A stretch of 59,042 nt of DNA, filler included. It is 7 parts of 7 records of this genome, joined end to end, with 100 filler letters (N's around TTAATTAATTAA, not from the genome) between each part and the next. Parts side by side here need not be neighbours in the genome. Positions count along the whole stretch, not along the records: positions 44,149 to 59,042 come from SRR31156797_41825; 6 more parts are not named here. The stretch is one strand, 5' to 3'. The first letter of the stretch is position 1, and every line of letters starts with the position of its first letter. The position numbers and the translations under genes were made by a program. The notes under the pieces are model-generated. The model did not search any database and was not told the DNA's origin. It was given only the letters and a program-made list of their open reading frames with translations. Below are positions 50,810 to 59,042 of the stretch, piece by piece.

Positions 50810-51593
50810 AGCGATATAACAATGTGTTGTAGAGCAGAAGCAGTATGCTGAGCAGCAACATCAGACGTCTGGCAACCCGTTGCGCCGGGGAATCAGCAAC
50901 AACGCGCATGGAAGTCCGCTCCCCTTTTGCGCTGAACCCACGCAGCTCAAGAGCAATGGCCCGTTGTTCAATCTCGGCAAAAGCCCCCAGAACCAGGGGA
51001 AAAATCAATGGGGCAATGGAACGTGCCCTATTCAGGAAACTACCTTCGGAATCAAGTCCCCGCGCTCTTTGCGCATCCTGAATGGTCTTCACCCGCGCCC
51101 GCATGGCCGGAAGCATGAGCAGAGGACTGCCGCAAACATAAGCCAGTGAGGAAGGCAACCCGGACTCAATCAGGGAGGTTATCAGATCAGCCGGATCAGT
51201 TGTAAACACGAAGATCAGGGAGACTGTCAGCACAGTCGCCAATTGCAGCAGAATCGTTGCAGCAAAAAACAACCCTTCCGAATAGATGGATATCCCATGA
51301 TATGAAAAAAGCACGCTGCTGTTACCGGGATAGAGCAACCCATGAATAGGGATCATGAACAGGGCAATGGGCAACAGGGTACGCCAGAGGAATTTCCAGA
51401 CCCGGACCGCAATCCCGGCCATAAGAGCCAGCAGCACATTCAAAAGCAGCAAGACCGCATCCGGCCAAGGGCCGCCCGGAGCACAATATACCGCCACCCC
51501 CGTGAGCAGCACAAACGTCAGCTTGCTCAGGGGGGGGACGGAATGGATACAGGATTTTCCCGCACAAAAAAGGGAAGTGCTTTCAGCCTGCAA
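50796..51593 (-). CDS. ECF transmembrane component T
   Basis: AQRARG and ALELRGF motifs. Confidence 0.9.
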   Translation of the reverse strand: MQAESTSLFCAGKSCIHSVPPLSKLTFVLLTGVAVYCAPGGPWPDAVLLLLNVLLALMAGIAVRVWKFLWRTLLPIALFMIPIHGLLYPGNSSVLFSYHGISIYSEGLFFAATILLQLATVLTVSLIFVFTTDPADLITSLIESGLPSSLAYVCGSPLLMLPAMRARVKTIQDAQRARGLDSEGSFLNRARSIAPLIFPLVLGAFAEIEQRAIALELRGFSAKGERTSMRVVADSPAQRVARRLMLLLSILLLLYNTLLYRYVSY

Positions 51594-51604
51594 AGACCTA
51601 ACCT

Positions 51605-52204
51605 TTATGCCTTTGCCAGTGAAGGAAAGCGTGCGGCAGCCCTTTCAGGGAGACTCTTCACGATACCCCAGACCAGCACAGCAGTTGCGACCTTATCGAT
51701 AACATTAGTAGTGAACACGGTAACTACCACGGAACCAAAAAGATCGCGGCCCAATGCCAGCAGATACGCCATTGCAAAGTCAGCGCCGCTTCCGGTGATA
51801 CCGCCGAACATGTACAGGCGGATAGGCACGGCAACTACAGAATTGAAAACAGTAATGATCAGCCCAGCGAGAATGGCGGTCCACCAGTTCTTGAACATAC
51901 CCATGCGGGCACAAACCCCGGCGATAATACCGATAACCATGGCTACCGGGGCAAAAGCCGCGGCAACCGGGGATGAAATCACACCCCAAATCAGGTTGGT
52001 GATCAGACCGGCAAGTCCACCAGCCCAAGGTCCGGCCAGCACACCCACCATCACTGTGCCGATGGAATCAAGAAAAATAGGCAGCTTAAGCAAAGATACC
52101 AGCTGTCCCACGGCGATATTGATGACGATCGCCACTGCGATCAGAACCCATGTAAATGTTGTAAAATCTTTTTTAATCTGCTCTGTAACACCCATCCCAC
52201 TCAC
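51605..52204 (-). CDS. ECF S component
   Basis: LKLPIFLDSIGT...LAGPWAG; about 6 TMs; in operon with T, A and A'. Confidence 0.85.
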   Translation of the reverse strand: MSGMGVTEQIKKDFTTFTWVLIAVAIVINIAVGQLVSLLKLPIFLDSIGTVMVGVLAGPWAGGLAGLITNLIWGVISSPVAAAFAPVAMVIGIIAGVCARMGMFKNWWTAILAGLIITVFNSVVAVPIRLYMFGGITGSGADFAMAYLLALGRDLFGSVVVTVFTTNVIDKVATAVLVWGIVKSLPERAAARFPSLAKA

Positions 52205-52611
52205 TCCTTGCTGCTGATTTGTGATTTGATTTCCAGTTCCGGATAACCGGTCTGGGGGTCAAAACTTCTCAGAAAGGAGTATTCCGGAAAAACGGCCAAC
52301 ACTATTTCAGCGGTAGTGTAGACCCTGCTTCCTTCCATCATATGCGCACCAATAGTTTTTCCTTCCCCGTCGGATATGGCGATGTGAAAATGGGAACCGT
52401 GCCGGGAAAGCACCCCGGTCAGAGAAACTATCTCAAAATGCCCGTTAAGCTCCGTGGTCTGCCCCTGATTGGCAAAACGCAAAACAGCCTTGGTCAGACT
52501 GCCCACGCAAGTCAGCACACAAGCGGCTTCAATCTCCTGTTCCTGCGCAATACGCTCCAGTTCAAGCAGGATGTCCTGCCCCGGTTTAACCCTGACCGCC
52601 AGAGATTCCAT
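52201..52611 (-). CDS. PPC/DUF296 domain protein
   Basis: R..PGQD, CVGSL..A.LR.A, EIVSLTG, HFHIAISD..G..GAH, TTAE. Confidence 0.9.
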   Translation of the reverse strand: MESLAVRVKPGQDILLELERIAQEQEIEAACVLTCVGSLTKAVLRFANQGQTTELNGHFEIVSLTGVLSRHGSHFHIAISDGEGKTIGAHMMEGSRVYTTAEIVLAVFPEYSFLRSFDPQTGYPELEIKSQISSKE

Positions 52612-52751
52612 GCTATAACTCCATTCCTGATTAAGATTGACCATCCCTTTAAAGGAGTTACAATTACATCACTATTTCAAATACTTCCAATTGGAAAAAG
52701 AAATACAGCAACACAACATGCATTTAATAAAGCTATATCTTCACTAACAAT

Positions 52752-52786
52752 AAAACCCCGCCAGCAATGCTGACGGGGTTCTTTTT
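52752..52786. terminator. Intrinsic (bidirectional) terminator after the APC permease
   Basis: AAAACCCCGCCAGCA-A-TGCTGACGGGGTTCTTTTT. Confidence 0.75.
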
Positions 52787-52823
52787 ATATTAGATATGGC
52801 AGAAAAGCTGCCGGGAATATCAA

Positions 52824-54326
52824 CTATTCAGAAGCAGTCTGGGGCTGACCCTGAGTTGCGCCTTTGTAGAATACCGGAATATCATCACTACCCAAAACAT
52901 TTCTACGCATCTGAGCTTCAGGAAGCTTAGCCCACGCATTTTTGTTGGAGAAGTAGAAGAACACACCCATTGCCACCCATGCAACCATGCACCAGCGTGA
53001 TGCTTCACTGATGTAAGCAGGGGAGCCGGGGATGAGCAGCAGAACGATGCAAAGTACGGAAGCAAGGGTACCCATGCCGCAGCAAAAGAGCTTAAGGGAG
53101 CGCTGGTCAACATCTACAGAACCAAGAATTACCCGGCGCGCAGCAAGGCAGGAAAACAGGTAACCGATACCGGTACCAACAGAACTCATATCAACAATCC
53201 AAACGATAACGGAACGTCCGGCAAAGGGAGTGAGCAGCACGATGGCGATGGTGAACAGGATAGCCTTGTAGGGTGTGCGGTATTTGGGGTGAATTTCACC
53301 GAACCAGGAAGGCATGATGCCGGCACGTGCCATACTCAACAGCAGGCGGGAGGTAGCGATGTAAAAACCGTTAATACCGGTGCAGACCGCGCCCATAACT
53401 GCACAGGCCAGAATTACCGCACCAAGCTTACCGAAAGCCATGGCTGCAACTTCACCAGTTGCCCACGCGGTACCTCCGGCAGCACGCATGGCATCCATAT
53501 TAGCCAGCATTTCAGGAACCGGAATGGCGATACCTACGGCGAGAGTAACCAGAGCATAAAGAACAAATCCGCACAGGATCGCGATGATCATGATGTTACG
53601 GGCATAAGAAGGCTCAAAAGTAAATTCCTCAGCAGCCTGCGGAACAGTATCGAAGCCTGCGAAAAGAAAGGGGGAAATGGCGAAGATGATGAGTACGCAG
53701 GAAAGCATTGAACGGTGCTCAGCGAAAAGCGGAAGCAGGTTACCAACTTCTGCAGTTTCAAGAGAGGCAGAACCGGTAAACAGGGAAACAATACCCAGAG
53801 TCAGCAGGAAGGTCAGCATAACCTGAAACTTACCTGCAAAGCTGTTACCGCGATAGTTCATCCAGCCGAAGAGCACGGTTGCGGCAGTCATCAGAATTAC
53901 CTCGCCAGTGTATACCTGCCATCCGGCAATGGAATACAGAGCCCCGAATTCAAATACTCCCGGGAAGAGAAAACGAAAAATAAGAGCCAGAGCGGCAACA
54001 TCGATGCCGATGATGGCTATGTACCCGAGCACGAGTGCCCACCCGCAGACAAAAGCCGCAGACGGTCCAAAGCCGACATAAGCATATGCAAACGCACCGC
54101 CTGCAACAGGGGCGTACTTAATCATGTAACTGTAGCTGATTGCTACGAAACAAATAAGGAATGCACCGACACCGAAGCCGATCAGGGTACCCAGAATACC
54201 AGCCTGCGGAAGAAACATATCACCGGGGAGAACAAAACACCCCCAACCTACGATTGACCCCAGTGCCAACGCCCAAACCTGTGCGGGCGACATTGATTTT
54301 TCTAATTCAAGTTGTTCTTGTGACAT
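52824..54326 (-). CDS. APC-family amino acid/amine permease
   Basis: GSIVGWG, PVAGG.F.Y, F.GFD..PQAAEE, SRLL.SMAR.G..P..F..IHPKY.TP. Confidence 0.92.
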   Translation of the reverse strand: MSQEQLELEKSMSPAQVWALALGSIVGWGCFVLPGDMFLPQAGILGTLIGFGVGAFLICFVAISYSYMIKYAPVAGGAFAYAYVGFGPSAAFVCGWALVLGYIAIIGIDVAALALIFRFLFPGVFEFGALYSIAGWQVYTGEVILMTAATVLFGWMNYRGNSFAGKFQVMLTFLLTLGIVSLFTGSASLETAEVGNLLPLFAEHRSMLSCVLIIFAISPFLFAGFDTVPQAAEEFTFEPSYARNIMIIAILCGFVLYALVTLAVGIAIPVPEMLANMDAMRAAGGTAWATGEVAAMAFGKLGAVILACAVMGAVCTGINGFYIATSRLLLSMARAGIMPSWFGEIHPKYRTPYKAILFTIAIVLLTPFAGRSVIVWIVDMSSVGTGIGYLFSCLAARRVILGSVDVDQRSLKLFCCGMGTLASVLCIVLLLIPGSPAYISEASRWCMVAWVAMGVFFYFSNKNAWAKLPEAQMRRNVLGSDDIPVFYKGATQGQPQTASE

Positions 54327-54646
54327 CAGATTATCTCTTTGTTTTATGAGTTCACGGCAGACTTCCCCTGAACCTCAAGGTGTCCAAACCCCGGCAGCTG
54401 TTCCTCCTCGAACATTGTTCGGCAACTGCCTGCTGCCGCGTTCCGGTCTTCAAACTAGGATCTCGCCCATCCAATTCATAAATATGAAATGAATTTTTTA
54501 AAGACGACATACTAGACCGGACACACTTCACCATGATTCCGCTTACAGCGACATGGCCTCCTCTCCTTTGCAAAGAGCGAACGATTATCTATACACTTTC
54601 AATCTACCTGGTTCAGCAGCCCTACCAAAAGCCGCTGCTCCATATA

Positions 54647-54663
54647 AGCAAACAGAGTGCCAA
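54647..54663 (-). promoter_or_regulatory. sigma54 (-24/-12) promoter for the APC permease
   Basis: Minus strand TTGGCACTCTGTTTGCT, a match to TGGCAC-N5-TTGC. Confidence 0.8.
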
Positions 54664-54926
54664 TTCGTGAAATTCTTCACCATCGACTTAATATCTAGAA
54701 ATAACTGACTAAAAAATTCTAACCATCACCAATGTCAATATGAGCACTTTAAAACATCTTTCTTTTTCGAAAGTTTTTTTTACTTTCTTGTAAATTTCTT
54801 TACTCCTCACAAACTCCTTCCGAAAGCAGCCGATTACTCACCCGCAACATGCGAATCATTGACTTAAACAATCAAATCAGGAAGATAGCTAAAAATATAC
54901 GATTTTATCATCCAAAATCACAGAAA

Positions 54927-54942
54927 AGGCATCCCCTTTGCA
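54927..54942 (+). promoter_or_regulatory. sigma54 promoter for DUF4125-tauE
   Basis: AGGCATCCCCTTTGCA (GG-N10-GC), 40 nt upstream of the ATG. Confidence 0.7.
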
Positions 54943-54981
54943 ATCTGAAAGATCGTTATTTTTTTCATTAAGGAGGCACCC

Positions 54982-55542
54982 ATGGCCGAAGATAAACGGA
55001 CCCAACTCATTGAGCAGATCATTAAACTGGAACTGGATATGTTCCTTGCAGTTAATAACCGCGGAGGCACCTCACTTTGTCAGGAACGCCCGGAATCTTT
55101 CCGAATAATGCGCAATATGACTCATTCTGTTCTCCCGGACGAATATCTGGAGTCGTATCTCGCCGACCTAGAACAAGCCGCTATCGAAAAGCGCAATCTC
55201 ATGACTGAAAAATACGCACTCATGGAAGGACTCATCCCGGAACAAAACAATTCCCCGGGCATTGCTGAAATTGTGTCCATGGAAAGCGAATGGCGCAAGG
55301 AAGTTGCCACCCAATTCCCGCGTTCAGTGCACCCTGACGGACACCAGTCTTTCTGCATCTATCTCGGCAGCGAGTTGCAGACCTATTCCCAAAAGACCTT
55401 GGATATCTATCTTGAATACGCACAGTCCGTACATAAAAAGCACGGCAACCTCGTGCGCGAAAGATACGAAATCCTCATGCGTATGTTGGGATACGATTCC
55501 CTCGCCCATTGCGAAAAATCAGTAACCAATCCAGCAGAGTAA
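54982..55542 (+). CDS. DUF4125 family protein
   Basis: LE..MF..V.NRGG...CQ..P.SF.IMR, LESY..DL..A....RNLMTEKYA.M, YL..EL.TYS; AAGGAGG RBS. Confidence 0.8.
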   Translation: MAEDKRTQLIEQIIKLELDMFLAVNNRGGTSLCQERPESFRIMRNMTHSVLPDEYLESYLADLEQAAIEKRNLMTEKYALMEGLIPEQNNSPGIAEIVSMESEWRKEVATQFPRSVHPDGHQSFCIYLGSELQTYSQKTLDIYLEYAQSVHKKHGNLVRERYEILMRMLGYDSLAHCEKSVTNPAE

Positions 55543-55548
55543 ATTTCC

Positions 55549-56283
55549 ATGTTTGATTCACCCCACACCCTTGTATTCCTGCTCTGGCTGATCGGCGGAT
55601 TTGTATCCGGGGTCAGCGGTATCGGCGGGGCCATGGTCGCTGTTCCGGCAGCGGCCATGTTCATTCCCATGCAGGAGCTGGTTCCCCTTGCCTGCCTGCT
55701 CAATGTAATCATGGACGGCAGTATCGCGGCCATGCATTTCCGCCATTGCCGATTCTCCGCGCTAAAACCGCTTTTGGTCGGGTCCGTACCCGGAGCCTTT
55801 GCAGGCCTGTACATTTTGACCTTTGTTTCCAGCACCATCCTGCAAGGAGCTGTAGGCGCGCTACTTATTTACTACGTATACTGGCAGCTCACCTTCAAGG
55901 TTGAAAAAACTCACCCGGAATCATGGTCACGGGGCAGTGCCGCCGGATTCGGAGCCAGCCTGCTCGGCACAGCCATATCCTTTGATGGTCCGCCCATTGG
56001 AGCTTACGGCCTCTACGTGGGCTGGCAGCCGCGCGTATTCCTCGGCACCCTCGGCGTATTTTTCGTCATCCGCGCCACCTTCACCTGCATCCTGCAGGCA
56101 GGGGCCGGACTGATCACTCCCACGGTGATCGACTACGCAATCTACGGAGTCCCGGCCACGCTCATCGGGACACTGCTCTCCTTCCCGGTAATTAAGCACA
56201 TCAATCAGGATCTGTTTCGCAAAGTGCTCATGACTGTAATCGCACTGGCCGGAATCGTATGTCTGATCAGATCTTTTTTGTAA
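55549..56283 (+). CDS. TauE/SafE (TSUP) family exporter
   Basis: GFVSGVSGIGG, G..PG...G, GPP; two hydrophobic repeats. Confidence 0.85.
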   Translation: MFDSPHTLVFLLWLIGGFVSGVSGIGGAMVAVPAAAMFIPMQELVPLACLLNVIMDGSIAAMHFRHCRFSALKPLLVGSVPGAFAGLYILTFVSSTILQGAVGALLIYYVYWQLTFKVEKTHPESWSRGSAAGFGASLLGTAISFDGPPIGAYGLYVGWQPRVFLGTLGVFFVIRATFTCILQAGAGLITPTVIDYAIYGVPATLIGTLLSFPVIKHINQDLFRKVLMTVIALAGIVCLIRSFL

Positions 56284-56285
56284 AT

Positions 56286-57785
56286 TTAATAATCGTCTTC
56301 AATTCCAAGCTGCTGAATCTTATAGCGCAAACCGGCTCCAGTTATCTGCATTATCCGGGCGGCCTTGGCGACATTGCCGCCCGTTACTTTAAGCACATTC
56401 CTGATACACTCGGTCTCGTACTGCTGCACACAACTCTTAAGCGGAACCACGCTGTTGCGCTTGATCATATTGTAATCAAAAAAATTCTTACCGAACATGG
56501 AATCATTGACCTGCTGCGGAGCAGCCACTTCCGGACGCGGAGCAGCGGGCATGAAAGCCTTTTCGCAAGCCTCGCGAAAATGACGGGGCAGATTGTCCAC
56601 GCCAATAGAAGTGCGACTGCCCAACAAAGCCAGGCTACCTTCTATAACATGCAATAATTCACGCACGTTACCAGGCCAATCGTAATCAATAAACATCTGC
56701 ACCACATCCGGCTCCACCCCGATCAAACCGGGCGAATTTGTCTGCTCTGAACGGGCAATGAAAGAACGGATAAGCACGGCCAGATCTTCCTTACGTTCCC
56801 GCAGGGGCGGTATGGCCAGACCGACCACAGCCAACCGATAGAAAAGGTCACTACGCAAGAGACCTTCGCTTACGGCATTGAGCGGAGCTTCGTTGAGGAT
56901 GCTGATCACCCGTACATCCACGGGAATTTCTTTTTGTGAACCGAGCCTGCGCACCCGTTTCTCCTGCAACACACGCAAAAGCTTGGCCTGCAAACCCAAA
57001 GGCATGGAGTTAAGTTCATCAAGAAGCAAGGTTCCGCCATTGGCTTCTTCGAATAGACCTGGCTTATCCGGAGCATCGGTATAGGCCCCCTTGGAAGTGC
57101 CGAAAAGGATTGCTTCGAGCAGGTTTTCCGGGATCGCCGCACAGTTTTCGGCAATAAAAGGCTTCTCTCGACGATCACTTTCCATATGGATAGCCTGCGC
57201 AAAAACCTCCTTACCCGTGCCGCTCTCACCCCAAATCATTACATGAGAGGAGGACTTAGCTGCAGTACGGGCCTCGACCAGCACTTCACGCAAAGAGTCA
57301 TCCTCACCCACAAGTGAATCAAATGTGTAATATGAATAGTTTTTATCGCGGGAAGTGGATTTACGGGAACGTTTATTGGAACCGCTCAAAGGAACTGAAC
57401 CGGTCCAAAGAGTGAAAGCAATAACCCCATCCTTATGCCCCTGATCATAGAGCGGAAAGAAGTCGGAAACAGTTCCGGCAAGATAGTTATTGGTAGTCTT
57501 ATAGAGATAGCTCTTGCGCAGGACGGGTTCGCTTCTGCGGAGACATTCAACAGTGGGGATGCAATCCAATTCATGGGGCACATAGAGCTTGGTAATATGC
57601 TGCCCTTCCACGTGTATGCGAGTAAAACCGTCCGCCCTGCGCTGGATGGGGTTCATATATTCGCAGTACCCTTCGGCATCCACCACCGCCACGCCGAGTC
57701 CCAGATCATCCCAGATGGCAATCATCTCTGGAGTCAGCATGCTGCGGCGGCTGACATTAAAAAACTTGTCCTTGCTAAAATACAT
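56286..57785 (-). CDS. RocR-like sigma54 enhancer-binding protein (PAS-AAA+-HTH)
   Basis: PAS-like N-terminus, GESGTGKE, GAYTDA loop, LDELNSM, LNEAP, WPGNVREL, GNVAKAA HTH. Confidence 0.92.
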   Translation of the reverse strand: MYFSKDKFFNVSRRSMLTPEMIAIWDDLGLGVAVVDAEGYCEYMNPIQRRADGFTRIHVEGQHITKLYVPHELDCIPTVECLRRSEPVLRKSYLYKTTNNYLAGTVSDFFPLYDQGHKDGVIAFTLWTGSVPLSGSNKRSRKSTSRDKNYSYYTFDSLVGEDDSLREVLVEARTAAKSSSHVMIWGESGTGKEVFAQAIHMESDRREKPFIAENCAAIPENLLEAILFGTSKGAYTDAPDKPGLFEEANGGTLLLDELNSMPLGLQAKLLRVLQEKRVRRLGSQKEIPVDVRVISILNEAPLNAVSEGLLRSDLFYRLAVVGLAIPPLRERKEDLAVLIRSFIARSEQTNSPGLIGVEPDVVQMFIDYDWPGNVRELLHVIEGSLALLGSRTSIGVDNLPRHFREACEKAFMPAAPRPEVAAPQQVNDSMFGKNFFDYNMIKRNSVVPLKSCVQQYETECIRNVLKVTGGNVAKAARIMQITGAGLRYKIQQLGIEDDY

Positions 57786-58019
57786 TTTTCACAACCTCTC
57801 TCTTTCCCCGGAACGGCCCGAAACAAACTTGGTCCTCCGGCTGCTGATTGGGTCGTTAAGTTAAAAAATATTTTTTAGCAAACCAAAATTTTCTTCTAAA
57901 AAGAAAGATTTCTTTCTTTTTAGCTTCCAACCGCCTCAGTATAAAACCTCCTGCTTGTGCGTATTTAAACACTATTATTTCAGCCAATTAACTATTATTT
58001 TGACCACAGAACGCATCTC

Positions 58020-58035
58020 TGGCACGGCCCGTGCT
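58020..58035 (+). promoter_or_regulatory. sigma54 promoter for the glycyl radical enzyme
   Basis: TGGCACGGCCCGTGCT (GG-N10-GC), divergent from the activator gene. Confidence 0.75.
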
Positions 58036-58118
58036 AGTGACGAAATTAACAAGCGAACGAATAACACTTTCAATCTACCTAAAAGACCAAAACAATAGCA
58101 CAATCACAGGAGATGGAA

Positions 58119-59042
58119 ATGAATACTACTCTGTCTGCAAAAGAAGAGACCCAGACCGCCCAAGGATACGGCATCAACTGGGATACCGCTGAAGAGCGCG
58201 CCAAGGAACTCAAAGATTACCTCATGAACGCTCCTCAGGTCATGGACCCCGAGCGTTTGAAGTTCCTGAATGAAGTATATGAAAAGCATCAGGGTGAACC
58301 TGTAGTATATATCCGCGCCAAAGTTCTCGAGCGCGTACTGACCCAGAAAAAAATATTTCTCGACGGCAACCCCATTGTAGGTACCCTTACAGGTGTCCGC
58401 GCAGGTGTTTACGCATACCCCGAATGGAACGTCTCCTGGATTAAAGAAGAAATGCAGATGGCCAAAATGGCCTCCCTCGGTGAGATGAAAATTCCTGCCG
58501 AAACTCAGGAACTGCTCGAAAAGACCTACAAGCTCTGGAAAGGCCGCACCTGTATTGACCAGAACAACAAGATGTACAAGGAAAAGTACGGTGAAAGCGC
58601 CAAGAAGTACGCCAAAGCCGGCATGTACTACGAAAACGTTTCCGTTGCTTCCGGTTCCGGCATTGCCGACTACGGCATGGTGCTGAACAAAGGTATTCGC
58701 CACCTTATCAATGATGTGCGCACACGCCTCACCGAGACCCAGAACACCCTTGCAAACAGAGATAAAATAGATCTCTACCGCTCCATGCTGATCACCTTTG
58801 AGGCAGTAATCAAACACTCCCACCGCTACGCCGATCTCGCAGAGCAGACCGCAGCGGAAGAGTCCGATCCCAAAGTGAAAGCAGAGCTGCTCGAAATCGC
58901 AGAAATCTGCCGCCGCGTCCCCGAACACCCGGCCCGCAACTTCCGCGAAGCTATCCAGTCCTTCTGGTTCACCCATCTTTGTGTTGCAACCGAGCAGATG
59001 GCTTGCGCTGTCTCCCCCGGTCGTTACGGTCAGTACATGTAC
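58119..59042 (+). CDS. Glycyl radical enzyme (PFL-like family), N-terminal 308 aa, runs off the window
   Basis: Hand translation: MNTTLSAKEE...DPERL...GEPVVYIRAKVL...PIVG...YPEW...DYGMVLNKG...RYADLA...ELLEIAEICRRVPEHPARNFREAIQSFWF...SPGRYGQYMY; AGGAG RBS. Missing from the ORF track because it has no stop in the window. Confidence 0.9.
   Translation, partial: MNTTLSAKEETQTAQGYGINWDTAEERAKELKDYLMNAPQVMDPERLKFLNEVYEKHQGEPVVYIRAKVLERVLTQKKIFLDGNPIVGTLTGVRAGVYAYPEWNVSWIKEEMQMAKMASLGEMKIPAETQELLEKTYKLWKGRTCIDQNNKMYKEKYGESAKKYAKAGMYYENVSVASGSGIADYGMVLNKGIRHLINDVRTRLTETQNTLANRDKIDLYRSMLITFEAVIKHSHRYADLAEQTAAEESDPKVKAELLEIAEICRRVPEHPARNFREAIQSFWFTHLCVATEQMACAVSPGRYGQYMY

Noticed and set aside
54352-54573. 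73-aa ORF in the permease leader
   Set aside because: TTG start with no RBS and no motif; the region is better explained as structured RNA.
54593-54609. Reverse complement contains ATTGAAAG, like a CRISPR repeat 3' end
   Set aside because: Only two copies 3.5 kb apart, no regular spacers, no cas genes. No CRISPR array was found anywhere in the window.
54327-54640. Glycine or lysine riboswitch, or T-box, in the permease leader
   Set aside because: Only scattered fragments (GGAGAG, GCCGAA, TCAGG); order and spacing do not fit those aptamers, and there is no T-box core.
58104-58976. 290-aa minus-strand ORF
   Set aside because: Antisense shadow of the glycyl radical enzyme, which has the RBS, promoter and family motifs.
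31151-59042. Linking the dsyB-like gene with the TauE/GRE locus or hutU as one pathway
   Set aside because: They are on different contigs separated by artificial spacers and probably come from different organisms.

Overview
The window is not one genomic locus. It is seven unrelated contigs joined by six 100-nt spacers (N44-TTAATTAATTAA-N44), and it looks like an anoxic marine or sediment metagenome. Taxonomic calls below are inferred from gene content. (1) 1-9089, Bacteroidota: PorE-like OmpA protein, PQQ-like beta-propeller, TonB receptor, dipeptide epimerase, receiver protein, ilvBN. (2) 9190-15812, Methanosarcinaceae-like archaeon: nested IS1634/IS5 remnants, methyltransferase, AmmeMemoRadiSam radical SAM, tRNA-Asn and tRNA-Ile2, M1 aminopeptidase. 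(3) 15913-23222, Bacteroidota SusC/SusD locus with unclassified secreted enzymes. (4) 23323-31050, Fbp/Afu-type ABC transporter behind a Pho-box-like site, then a ThuA/Gfo-Idh-MocA/GPH sugar cluster. (5) 31151-37662, probable Desulfobacterota contig carrying a DsyB-like S-methyltransferase (DMSP-synthesis family) next to an MtaA/CmuA-type methyltransferase. (6) 37763-44048, TetR plus a variant Ntn acylase, DUF1254/1214 protein, hutU. (7) 44149-59042, Desulfovibrionaceae-like: Fur-boxed chemoreceptor, MarR metal module, ECF transporter, and a sigma54 regulon. That regulon contains an APC permease, DUF4125, TauE, a RocR-like activator and a glycyl radical enzyme absent from the ORF track; the permease and GRE 5' leaders are complementary to each other. 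Top leads are the DsyB-like gene and the sigma54/GRE system.
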